Below are positions 9,829 to 22,700 of a stretch of 64,000 bases of DNA, one piece after another. Positions within the stretch are counted from its first letter, which is position 1, and each line of letters opens with the position of its first letter. Origin of the DNA: Eledone cirrhosa (taxonomy: Eukaryota); assembly GCA_964016885.1 (NCBI GenBank), contig OZ024741.1:94612001-94676000 (forward strand). The letters are read 5' to 3'. Under the pieces are notes generated by a model. It saw only the letters and a list, made by a program, of their open reading frames with translations, ran no database searches and was not told the DNA's origin. A program made the translations under genes and the position numbers.

Positions 9829-10018
9829 GGTGGATTGGCAGTATCGGTAGAGGGTCAGACGCCATGTTTTGACGCACAGAGTTACGGCCCTTGCCATTCT
9901 GAGTTCAAATCCTGCCGAGGTTAACTTTGCCTTTCATCCTTATGGGGTAGATAAAATAAAGTACCAGTAATGCACTGGGTTATTTGCTGGCCTTGTGCCT
10001 AACGTAGAAACAATTATG
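9829..10018 (+). mobile_element. tRNA-derived SINE (family 1, younger subfamily)
   Basis: A-box TGGCAGTATCGG, B-box GAGTTCAAATC, core GCCTTTCATCCTTATGGGGTAGATAAAATAAAGTACCAG, tail TAGAAACAATTAT. Confidence 0.92.
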
Positions 10019-10713
10019 TAATATCTCCCCCATTTTTTACTCATTTCTCCCCGTTTTGGGGCATGTTTTTCCATGGTACTCTCTGCTTGGGTTTTTAGAG
10101 CTTGGCAGATCTGCAAGACTGTTTCTTTAATATGTGTCATGATTGTTGTGTCTTAGTGCTGTTTAAGGTGACTGAATTGTCATGTCCCCTACTAAGATGT
10201 TTCCAATACTTCTGTTCATGGAAAGACTACAAGTGAAACACAAGGGCCAGAGTGGTAGTGTTAAACAAAGTGATGGATTAAGTCTACACTAGAAGTGAGA
10301 GATTAATATAACAGTAGTTAGCAGGATGAGAGAGAGAGGGGCTGCTGTCCCTTTGTTTGTGAATGGGACAGCTGAGAAAGATACAACAGCTGTATGTTGC
10401 CACATTAGAGAGAGTCAGGAGAGCCACTACTCTACATAACTACATAACTAGTTTACTATAGAGCAAAGAAGTAAGTGGACCATTGCTGTATTCTGTATTC
10501 TATGTATCTATAGTTTATTAATAGAGCAAGAACAGGTTGGTTGGAGTGGGATGTCAGAGGGAAATGGATAACAGACATGGATACCATAAAATGGAACAGG
10601 TTTTATGCTAACATAACATCCTGTACATTGAAACAGCGGAAGACAGATGCTACAGGGATGGCAGCGACAGAAATGGTAGCAGTGAGGGCAGTGATAATGA
10701 TAGTAGTGGTAGC

Positions 10714-13700
10714 GGTGATATTGGTGATGGAAGGTGGTTGTGGTGATATTGGTGATGAAACGTGGTGGTGGTGGTGATACTGGTGATGGAAGGTGGTGGT
10801 GGTGATATTGGTAATGGAAGGTGGTGGTGGTGGTGATATTGGTGATGGAAGCTGGTGGTGGTGATATTGGTGATGGAAGGTGGTGGTGGTGATATTGGTG
10901 ATGGAAGGTGGTGGTGGTGATATTGGTGATGGAAGGTGGTGGTGGCGATATTGGTGATGGAAGGTGGTGGTGGTGATACTGGTGATGGGAGGTGGTGGTG
11001 GTGGTGGTGATATTGGTAATGGATGGTGGTGGTGGCGATATTGGTGTTGGAAGGTGGTGGTGGTGATATTGGTGATGGAAGGTGGTGGTGGCGATATTGG
11101 TGATGGAAGGTGGTGGTGGTGGTGGTGATATTGGTAATGGATGGTGGTGGTGGCGATATTGGTGTTGGAAGATGGTGGTGGTGGTGATATTGGTAATGGA
11201 AGGTGGTGGTGGTGATATTGGTGATGGAAGGTGGTGGTGGTGATATTGGTGATGGGAGAGGGTGGTGGTGATATTGGTAATGGAAGGTGGTGGTGGTGAT
11301 ATTGGTGATGGAAGGTGGTGGTGGCGATATTGGTGATGGAAGGTGGTGGTGGTGGTGGTGATATTGGTAATGGATGGTGGTGGTGGCGATATTGGTGTTG
11401 GAAGGTGGTGGTGGTGGTGATATTGGTAATGGAAGGTGGTGGTGGTGATATTGGTGATGGAAGGTGGTGGTGGTGATATTGGTGATGGGAGAGGGTGGTG
11501 GTGATATTGGTGATGGAAGGTGGTGGTGGTGATATTGGTAATGGAAGGTGGTGGTGGTGATATTGGTAATGGAAGGTGGTGGTGGTGATATTGGTAATGG
11601 AAGGTGGTGGTGGTGATATTGGTAATGGAAAGTGGTGGTGGTGGTGGTGGAGATATTGGTGATGGGAGGTGGTGGTGGTGGTGATATTGGTAATGGAAGG
11701 TGGTGGTGGTGATATTGGTGATGGAAGGTGGTGGTGGTGGTGATATTGGTAATGGAAGCTGGTGGTGGTGATATTGGTGATGGAAGGTGGTGGTGGTGAT
11801 ATTGGTGATGGAAGGTGGTGGTGGTGATATTGGTGATGGAAGGTGGTGGTGGTGATATTGGTGATGTAAGGTGGTGGTGGTGATATTGGTGATGGTAGGT
11901 GGTGGTGGTGATATTGGTAATGGAAGGTGGTGGTGGTGATATTGGTAATGGAAGGTGGTGGTGGTGGTGATATTGGTAATGGAAGCTGGTGGTGGTGATA
12001 TTGGTGATGGAAGGTGGTGGTGGTGATATTGGTGATGGAAGGTGGTGGTGGTGATATTGGTGATGGAAGGTGGTGGTGGTGATATTGGTGATGGAAGGTG
12101 GTGGTGGTAATATTGGTGATAGTAGGTGGTGGTGGTGATATTGGTGATGAAGGGTGGTGGTGGTGATATTGGTGGTGGAAGGTGGTGGTGGTGATATTGG
12201 TAATGGAAGGTGGTGGCGGTGGTGATATTGGTAATGGAAGGTGGTGGTGGTGATATTGGTGATGGGAGGTGGTGGTGGTGATATTGGTAATGGAAGGTGG
12301 TGGTGGTGATATTGGTGATGGAAGCTGGTGGTGGTGATATTGGTGATGGAAGGTGGTGGTGGTGATATTGGTGGTGGAAGGTGGTGGTGGTGATATTGGT
12401 GATGGAAGGTGGTGGTGGTGATATTGGTGATGGAAGGTGGTGGTGGTGATATTGGTGGTGGAAGGTGGTGGTGGTGATATTGGTGATGGAAGGTGGTGGT
12501 GGTGATATTGGTGATGGAAGGTGGTGGTGGTGATATTGGTGATGGAAGGTGGTGGTGGTCATATTGGTGATGGAAGGTGGTGGTGGTGATATTGGTAATG
12601 GAAGGTGGTGGTGATATTGGTGATGGAAGGTGGTGGTGGTGATATTGGTAATGGAAGGTGGTGGTGGTGGTGATATTGGTGATGGTGGTGATATTGGTAA
12701 TGGATGGTGGTGGTGGTGATATTGGTGATGGGAGGTGGTGGTGGTGATATTGGTGATGGAAGGTGGTGGTGGTGATATTGATGATGGAAGGTGGTGGTGG
12801 TGGTGATATTGGTGGTGGAAGTGGTTGGGGTGATATTGGTGATGGAAGGTGGTGGTGGTGATATTAGGTAATGGAAGGTGGTGGTGGTGGTGATACTGGT
12901 GATGGGAGGTGTGGTGGTGGTGGTGATATTGGTGATGGAAGGTGGTGGTGGTGATATTGGTGATGGAAGGTGGTGGTGATATTGGTGATGGAAGGTGGTG
13001 GTGGTGGTGATATTGGTGATGGGAGGGGGTGGTGGTGATATTGGTGATGGAAGGTGGTGGTGGTGGTGATATTGGTGATGGAAGGTGGTGGTGGTGATAT
13101 TGGTAATGGGAGGTGGTGGTGGTGGTGATATTGGTAATGGAAGGTGGTGGTGGCGATATTGGTGATGGAAGGTGGTGGTGGTAATATTGGTGATGGAAGG
13201 TGGTGGTGGTGATATTGGTGATGGAAGGTGGTGGTGGTAATATTGGTGATGGAAGGTGGTGGTGGTGATATTGGTGATGGAAGGTGGTGGTGGTGATATT
13301 GGTAATGGGAGGTGGTGGTGGTGGTGATATTGGTAATGGAAGGTGGTGGTGGTGGTGATATTGGTAATGGAAGGTGGTGGTGGCGATATTGGTGATGGAA
13401 GGTGGTGGTGGTGGTGGTGATATTGGTAATGGATGGTGGTGGTGGTGGTGGTGGTGGTGGTGGTGGTGGTGGTGATATTGGTGATGGAAGGTGGTGGTGG
13501 TGGTGATATTGGTAATGGATGGTGGTGGTGGTGGTGGTGGTGGTGGTGGTGGTGATATTGGTAATTGAACGTAGTGGTGGTGGTGATATTGGTGATGGAA
13601 GGTGGTGGTGGTGGTGATATTGGTGATGGAAGGTGGTGGTGGTGGTGGTGGTGATATTGGTGATGGAAGGTGGTGGTGGTGGTGATATTGGTAATGGATG

Positions 13701-16700
13701 GTGGTGGTGGTGGTGGTGGTGGTGGTGGTGGTGATATTGGTAATTGAACGTTGTGGTGGTGGTGATATTGGTGATGGAAGGTGGTGGTGGTGGTGATATT
13801 GGTGATGGAAGGTGGTGGTGGTGATATTGGTAATGGAAGGTGGTGGTGGTGGTGATATTGGTGATGGTGGTGATATTGGTAATGGATGGTGGTGGAGGTG
13901 ATATTGGTGATGGGAGGTGGTGGTGGTGATATTGGTGATGGAAGGTGGTGGTGGTGATATTGGTGGTGGAAGGTGGTGGTGGTGATATTGGTGATGGTGG
14001 TGATACGGGTGATGGAAGGTGGTGGTGGTGGTGGGGATATTGGTGATGGAAGGTGGTGGTGGTGGTGACATTGGTAATGAAAAGTGGTGTTGGTGGTGAT
14101 ATTGGTAATGGAAGGTGGTGGTGGTGATATTGGTAATGGAAGGTGGTGGTGGTGATATTGGTGATGGAAGCTGGTGGTGGTGATATTGGTGATGGAAGGT
14201 GGTGGAGGTGATATTGGTGGTGGAAGGTGGTGGTGGTGGTATTGGTGATGGAAGGTGGTGGTGGTAATATTGGTGATGGAAGGTGGTGGTGGTGATATTG
14301 GTGATGGAAGGTGGTGGTGGTGGTATTGGTGATGGAAGGTGGTGGTGGTAATATTGGTGATGGAAGGTGGTGGTGGTGGTGATATAGGTGGTGAAAGGTG
14401 GTGGTGGTGATATTGGTGATGGGAGGTGGTGGTGGTGATATTGGTGATGGAAGGTGGTGGTGGTGATATTGGTGATGGGAGGTGGTGGTGGTGGTAATAT
14501 TGGTGATGGAAGGTGATGGTGGTGATATTGGTGATGGAAGGTGGTGGTGGTGATATTGGTGATGGAAGGTGGTGGTGGTGATATTGGTGATGGAAGGTGG
14601 TGGTGGTGATATTAGGTAATGGAAGGTGGTGGTGGTGATACTGGTGATGGGAGGTGGTGGTGGTGGTAATATTGGTGATGGAAGATGGTGGTGGTGGTGA
14701 TATTGGTGATGGAAGGTGGTGGTGGTGATATTGGTGATGGAAGGTGGTGGTGGTGATATTGGTGATGGAAGGTGGTGGTGGTGATATTGGTAATGGAAGG
14801 TGGTGGTGGTGATACTGGTGATGGGAGGTGGTGGTGGTGATATTGGTGATGGAAGGTGATGGTGGTGATATTAGGTAATGGAAGGTGGTGGTGGTGGTGA
14901 TATTGGTAATGGAAGGTGGTGGTGGTGGTGATACTGGTGATGGGAGGTGGTGGTGGTGATATTGGTGGTGGAAGGTGGTGGTGGTAATATTGGTGATGGA
15001 AGATGGTGGTGGTGATATTGGTGGTGGAAGGTGGTGGTGGTGATATTGGTGATGGAAGGTGGTGGTGGTGATATTGGTGGTGGAAGGTGGTGGTGGTGAT
15101 ATTGGTGATGGAAGGTGGTGGTGGTGATATTAGGTAATGGAAGGTGGTGGTGGTGATACTGGTGATGGGAGGTGGTGGTGGTGGTAATATTGGTGATGGA
15201 AGGTGGTGGTGGTGGTGATATTGGTGATGAAAGGTGGTGGTGGTGATATTGGTGATGGAAGGTGGTGGTGGTGATATTAGGTAATGGAAGGTGGTGGTGG
15301 TGGTGATATTGGTAATGGAAGGTGGTGGTGGTGGTGATACTGGTGATGGGAGGTGGTGGTGGTGATATTGGTGGTGGAAGGTGGTGGTGGTAATATTGGT
15401 GATGGAAGATGGTGGTGGTGATATTGGTGGTGGAAGGTGGTGGTGGTGATATTGGTGATGGAAGGTGGTGGTGGTGATATTGGTGGTGGAAGGTGGTGGT
15501 GGTGATATTGGTGATGGAAGGTGGTGGTGGTGATATTAGGTAATGGAAGGTGGTGGTGGTGATACTGGTGATGGGAGGTGGTGGTGGTGATATTGGTGAT
15601 GGAAGGTGGTGGTGGTAATATTGGTGATGGAAGGTGGTGGTGGTGGTGATATTGGTAATGGAAGGTGGTGGTGGTGATATTGGTGATGGAAGGTGGTGGT
15701 GGTGATATTGGTGATGGAAGGTGGTGGTGGTGGTGATATTGGTAATGGAAGGTGGTGGTGGTGTTGATATTGGTAATGGAAGGTGGTGGTGGTGGTGATA
15801 TTGGTAATGGGAGGTGGTGGTGATATTGGTGATGGAAGGTGGTGGTGGCGTTATTGGTGATGGAAGGTGGTGGTGGTGGTGGTGATATTGGTGGTGGAAG
15901 GTGGTGGTGGTGATATTGGTGGTGGAAGGTGGTGGTGGTGATATTGGTGATGGAAGGTGGTGGTGGTGATATTAGGTAATGGAAGGTGGTGGTGGTGATA
16001 CTGGTGATGGAAGGTGGTGGTGGTGGTATTTGTGATGGAAGGTGGTGGTGGTAATATTGGTGATGGAAGGTGGTGGTGGTGATATTGGTGGTGGAAGGTG
16101 GTGGTGGTGATATTAGGTAATGGAAGGTGGTGGTGGTGATAGCGGTAATGGAAGGTGGTGGTGATATTGGTGATGGGAGGTGGTGGTGGTGGTAATATTG
16201 GTGATGGAAGGTGGTGGTGGTGATATTGGTGATGGAAGGTGGTGGTGGTGATATTAGGTAATGGAAGGTGGTGGTGGTGATATTGGTGATGGAAGGTGGT
16301 GATGGTGGTGATATTAGGTAATGGAAGGTGGTGGTGGTGGTGATATTGGTGATGGAAGCTGGTGGTGGTGATATTGGTGATGAAACGTGGTGGTGGTGGT
16401 GATACTGGTGATGGAAGGTGGTGGTGGTGATATTGGTAATGGAAGGTGGTGGTGGTGGTGATATTGGTGATGGAAGCTGGTGGTGGTGATATTGGTGATG
16501 GAAGGTGGTGGTGGTGATATTGGTGATGGAAGGTGGTGGTGGTGATATTGGTGATGGAAGGTGGTGGTGGCGATATTGGTGATGGAAGGTGGTGGTGGTG
16601 ATACTGGTGATGGGAGGTGGTGGTGGTGGTGGTGATATTGGTAATGGATGGTGGTGGTGGCGATATTGGTGTTGGAAGGTGGTGGTGGTGATATTGGTGA

Positions 16701-19700
16701 TGGAAGGTGGTGGTGACGATATTGGTGATGGAAGGTGGTGGTGGTGGTGGTGATATTGGTAATGGATGGTGGTGGTGGCGATATTGGTGTTGGAAGATGG
16801 TGGTGGTGGTGATATTGGTAATGGAAGGTGGTGGTGGTGATATTGGTGATGGAAGGTGGTGGTGGTGATATTGGTGATGGGAGAGGGTGGTGGTGATATT
16901 GGTAATGGAAGGTGGTGGTGGTGATATTGGTGATGGAAGATGGTGGTGGCGATATTGGTGATGGAAGGTGGTGGTGGTGGTGGTGATATTGGTAATGGAT
17001 GGTGGTGGTGGCGATATTGGTGTTGGAAGGTGGTGGTGGTGGTGATATTGGTAATGGAAGGTGGTGGTGGTGATATTGGTGATGGAAGGTGGTGGTGGTG
17101 ATATTGGTGATGGGAGAGGGTGGTGGTGATATTGGTGATGGAAGGTGGTGGTGGTGATATTGGTAATGGAAGGTGGTGGTGGTGATATTGGTAATGGAAG
17201 GTGGTGGTGGTGATATTGGTAATGGAAGGTGGTGGTGGTGATATTGGTAATGGAAAGTGGTGGTGGTGGTGGTGGAGATATTGGTGATGGGAGGTGGTGG
17301 TGGTGGTGATATTGGTAATGGAAGGTGGTGGTGGTGATATTGGTGATGGAAGGTGGTGGTGGTGGTGATATTGGTAATGGAAGCTGGTGGTGGTGATATT
17401 GGTGATGGAAGGTGGTGGTGGTGATATTGGTGATGGAAGGTGGTGGTGGTGATATTGGTGATGGAAGGTGGTGGTGGTGATATTGGTGATGTAAGGTGGT
17501 GGTGGTGATATTGGTGATGGTAGGTGGTGGTGGTGATATTGGTAATGGAAGGTGGTGGTGGTGATATTGGTAATGGAAGGTGGTGGTGGTGGTGATATTG
17601 GTAATGGAAGCTGGTGGTGGTGATATTGGTGATGGAAGGTGGTGGTGGTGATATTGGTGATGGAAGGTGGTGGTGGTGATATTGGTGATGGAAGGTGGTG
17701 GTGGTGATATTGGTGATGGAAGGTGGTGGTGGTGATATTGGTGATAGTAGGTGGTGGTGGTGATATTGGTGATGAAAGGTGGTGGTGGTGATATTGGTGG
17801 TGGAAGGTGGTGGTGGTGGTGATATTGGTGATGGGAGGTGGTGGTGGTGATATTGGTAATGGAAGGTGGTGGTGGTGATATTGGTGATGGAAGCTGGTGG
17901 TGGTGATATTGGTGATGGAAGGTGGTGGTGGTGATATTGGTGGTGGAAGGTGGTGGTGGTGATATTGGTGATGGAAGGTGGTGGTGGTGATATTGGTGAT
18001 GGAAGGTGGTGGTGGTGATATTGGTGGTGGAAGGTGGTGGTGGTGATATTGGTGATGGAAGGTGGTGGTGGTGATATTGGTGATGGAAGGAGGTGGTGGT
18101 GATATTGGTGATGGAAGGTGGTGGTGGTCATATTGGTGATGGAAGGTGGTGGTGGTGATATTGGTAATGGAAGGTGGTGGTGGTGGTGATATTGGTGATG
18201 GTGGTGATATTGGTAATGGATGGTGGTGGTGGTGATATTGGTGATGGGAGGTGGTGGTGGTGATATTGGTGATGGAAGGTGGTGGTGGTGATATTGATGA
18301 TGGAAGGTGGTGGTGGTGGTGATATTGGTGGTGGAAGTGGTTGGGGTGATATTGGTGATGGAAGGTGGTGGTGGTGATATTAGGTAATGGAAGGTGGTGG
18401 TGGTGGTGATACTGGTGATGGGAGGTGTGGTGGTGGTGGTGATATTGGTGATGGAAGGTGGTGGTGGTGATATTGGTGATGGAAGGTGGTGGTGATATTG
18501 GTGATGGAAGGTGGTGGTGGTGGTGATATTGGTGATGGGAGGGGGTGGTGGTGATATTGGTGATGGAAGGTGGTGGTGGTGGTGATATTGGTGATGGAAG
18601 GTGGTGGTGGTGATATTGGTAATGGGAGGTGGTGGTGGTGGTGATATTGGTAATGGAAGGTGGTGGTGGCGATATTGGTGATGGAAGGTGGTGGTGGTAA
18701 TATTGGTGATGGAAGGTGGTGGTGGTGATATTGGTGATGGAAGGTGGTGGTGGTAATATTGGTGATGGAAGGTGGTGGTGGTGATATTGGTGATGGAAGG
18801 TGGTGGTGGTGATATTGGTAATGGGAGGTGGTGGTGGTGGTGATATTGGTAATGGAAGGTGGTGGTGGTGGTGATATTGGTAATGGAAGGTGGTGGTGGC
18901 GATATTGGTGATGGAAGGTGGTGGTGGTGGTGGTGATATTGGTAATGGATGGTGGTGGTGGTGGTGGTGGTGGTGGTGGTGGTGGTGGTGATATTGGTGA
19001 TGGAAGGTGGTGGTGGTGGTGATATTGGTAATGGATGGTGGTGGTGGTGGTGGTGGTGGTGGTGGTGGTGATATTGGTAATTGAACGTTGTGGTGGTGGT
19101 GATATTGGTGATGGAAGGTGGTGGTGGTGGTGATATTGGTGATGGAAGGTGGTGGTGGTGGTGGTGATATTGGTGATGGAAGGTGGTGGTGGTGGTGATA
19201 TTGGTAATGGATGGTGGTGGTGGTGGTGGTGGTGGTGGTGGTGGTGATATTGGTAATTGAACGTTGTGGTGGTGGTGATATTGGTGATGGAAGGTGGTGG
19301 TGGTGGTGATATTGGTGATGGAAGGTGGTGGTGGTGATATTGGTAATGGAAGGTGGTGGTGGTGGTGATATTGGTGATGGTGGTGATATTGGTAATGGAT
19401 GGTGGTGGAGGTGATATTGGTGATGGGAGGTGGTGGTGGTGATATTGGTGATGGAAGGTGGTGGTGGTGATATTGGTGGTGGAAGGTGGTGGTGGTGATA
19501 TTGGTGATGGTGGTGATACGGGTGATGGAAGGTGGTGGTGGTGGTGGGGATATTGGTGATGGAAGTTGGTGGTGGTGGTGACATTGGTAATGAAAAGTGG
19601 TGTTGGTGGTGATATTGGTAATGGAAGGTGGTGGTGGTGATATTGGTAATGGAAGGTGGTGGTGGTGATATTGGTGATGGAAGGTGGTGGAGGTGATATT

Positions 19701-22700
19701 GGTGGTGGAAGGTGGTGGTGGTGGTATTGGTGATGGAAGGTGGTGGTGGTAATATTGGTGATGGAAGGTGGTGGTGGTGATATTGGTGATGGAAGGTGGT
19801 GGTGGTGGTATTGGTGATGGAAGGTGGTGGTGGTAATATTGGTGATGGAAGGTGGTGGTGGTGGTGATATAGGTGGTGAAAGGTGGTGGTGGTGATATTG
19901 GTGATGGGAGGTGGTGGTGGTGATATTGGTGATGGAAGGTGGTGGTGGTGATATTGGTGATGGGAGGTGGTGGTGGTGGTAATATTGGTGATGGAAGGTG
20001 ATGGTGGTGATATTGGTGATGGAAGGTGGTGGTGGTGATATTGGTGATGGAAGGTGGTGGTGGTGATATTGGTGATGGAAGGTGGTGATGGTGGTGATAT
20101 TAGGTAATGGAAGGTGGTGGTGGTGATACTGGTGATGGGAGGTGGTGGTGGTGGTAATATTGGTGATGGAAGATGGTGGTGGTGGTGATATTGGTGATGG
20201 AAGGTGGTGGTGGTGATATTGGTGATGGAAGGTGGTGGTGGTGATATTGGTGATGGAAGGTGGTGGTGGTGATATTGGTAATGGAAGGTGGTGGTGGTGA
20301 TACTGGTGATGGGAGGTGGTGGTGGTGATATTGGTGATGGAAGGTGATGGTGGTGATATTAGGTAATGGAAGGTGGTGGTGGTGGTGATATTGGTAATGG
20401 AAGGTGGTGGTGGTGGTGATACTGGTGATGGGAGGTGGTGGTGGTGATATTGGTGGTGGAAGGTGGTGGTGGTAATATTGGTGATGGAAGATGGTGGTGG
20501 TGATATTGGTGGTGGAAGGTGGTGGTGGTGATATTAGTGATGGAAGGTGGTGGTGGTGATATTGGTGGTGGAAGGTGGTGGTGGTGATATTGGTGATGGA
20601 AGGTGGTGGTGGTGATATTAGGTAATGGAAGGTGGTGGTGGTGATACTGGTGATGGGAGGTGGTGGTGGTGGTAATATTGGTGATGGAAGGTGGTGGTGG
20701 TGGTGATATTGGTGATGGAAGGTGGTGGTGGTGATATTGGTGATGGAAGGTGGTGGTGGTGATATTAGGTAATGGAAGGTGGTGGTGGTGGTGATATTGG
20801 AAATGGAAGGTGGTGGTGGTGGTGATACTGGTGATGGGAGGTGGTGGTGGTGATATTGGTGGTGGAAGGTGGTGGTGGTAATATTGGTGATGGAAGATGG
20901 TGGTGGTGATATTGGTGGTGGAAGGTGGTGGTAGTGATATTGGTGATGGAAGGTGGTGGTGGTGATATTGGTGATGGAAGGTGGTGGTGGTGATATTAGG
21001 TAATGGAAGGTGGTGGTGGTGATACTGGTGATGGGAGGTGGTGGTGGTGATATTGGTGATGGAAGGTGGTGGTGGTAATATTGGTGATGGAAGGTGGTGG
21101 TGGTGGTGATATTGGTGATGGAAGGTGGTGGTGGTGATATTGGTGATGGAAGGTGGTGGTGGTGGTGGTGATATTGGTAATGGAAGGTGGTGGTGGTGTT
21201 GATATTGGTAATGGAAGGTGGTGGTGGTGGTGATATTGATAATGGGAGGTGGTGGTGATATTGGTGATGGAAGGTGGTGGTGGCGTTATTGGTGATGGAA
21301 GGTGGTGGTGGTGGTGGTGATATTGGTGGTGGAAGGTGGTGGTGGTAATATTGGTGATGGAAGGTGGTGGTGGTGATATTGGTGGTGGAAGGTGGTGGTG
21401 GTGATATTGGTGATGGAAGGTGGTGGTGGTGATATTAGGTAATGGAAGGTGGTGGTGGTGATACTGGTGATGGAAGGTGGTGGTGGTGGTATTTGTGATG
21501 GAAGGTGGTGGTGGTAATATTGGTGATGGAAGGTGGTGGTGGTGGTGATATTGTGGTGGAAGGTGGTGGTGGTGATATTGGTGATGGAAGGTGGTGGTGG
21601 TGATATTAGGTAATGGAAGGTGGTGGTGGTGATAGCGGTAATGGAAGGTGGTGGTGATATTGGTGATGGGAGGTGGTGGTGGTGGTAATATTGGTGATGG
21701 AAGGTGGTGGTGGTGATATTGGTGATGGAAGGTGGTGGTGGTGATATTAGGTAATGGAAGGTGGTGGTGGTGATATTGGTGATGGAAGGTGGTGATGGTG
21801 GTGATATTAGGTAATGGAAGGTGGTGGTGGTGATACTGGTGATGGGAGGTGGTGGTGGTGATACTGGTGATGGAAGGTGGTGGTGGTAATATTGGTGATG
21901 GGAGGTGGTGGTGGTGATATTGGTGATGGGAGGTGGTGGTGGTGATATTGGTGATGGAAGGTGGTGGTGGTGGTGATATTGGTGATCGAAGGTGGTGGTG
22001 GGGGTGATATTGGTGGTGGTGGTGGTGATATTGGTAATGGAAGGTGGTGGTGGTGATATTGGTGATGGAAGGTGGTGGTGGTGATATTGGTGATGGAAGG
22101 TGGTTGGGGTGATATTGGTGATGAAAAGTGACGGTGGTAATATTGGTGATGGGAGGTGGTGGTGGTGGTGATATTGGTAATGGGAGGTGGTGGTGATATT
22201 GGTGATGGAAGGTGGTGGTGGTGATATTGGTGATGGAAGGTGGTGGTGGCGTTATTGGTGATGGAAGGTGGTGGTGGTGGTGGTGATATTGATAATGGAT
22301 GGTGGTGGTGGCGATATTGGTGATGGAAGGTGGTGGTGGTGATATTGGTGATGGGAGGTGGTGGTGGTGATATTGGTAATGGAAGGTGGTGGGGGTGATA
22401 TTGGTGGTGGAAGGTGGTGGTGGTGTTGATATTGGTAATGGAAGGTGGTGGTGGTGTTGATATTGGTAATGGAAGGTGGTGGTGGTGGTGATATTGGTAA
22501 TGGGAGGTGGTGGTGATATTGGTGATGGAAGGTGGTGGTGGCGTTATTGGTGATGGAAGGTGGTGGTGGTGGTGGTGATATTGGTAATGGATGGTGGTGG
22601 TGGCGATATTGGTGATGGAAGGTGGTGGTGGTGATATTGGTGATGGGAGGGGGTGGTGGTGATATTGGTAATGGAAGGTGGTGGTGGTGATATTGGTGAT

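Noticed and set aside
2024-10018. tRNA genes
   Set aside because: A/B boxes belong to SINE heads; no cloverleaf.
1578-10140. Short ORFs of 62-104 aa in the track
   Set aside because: Most overlap SINEs, MITEs or microsatellites and show no recognisable domain.
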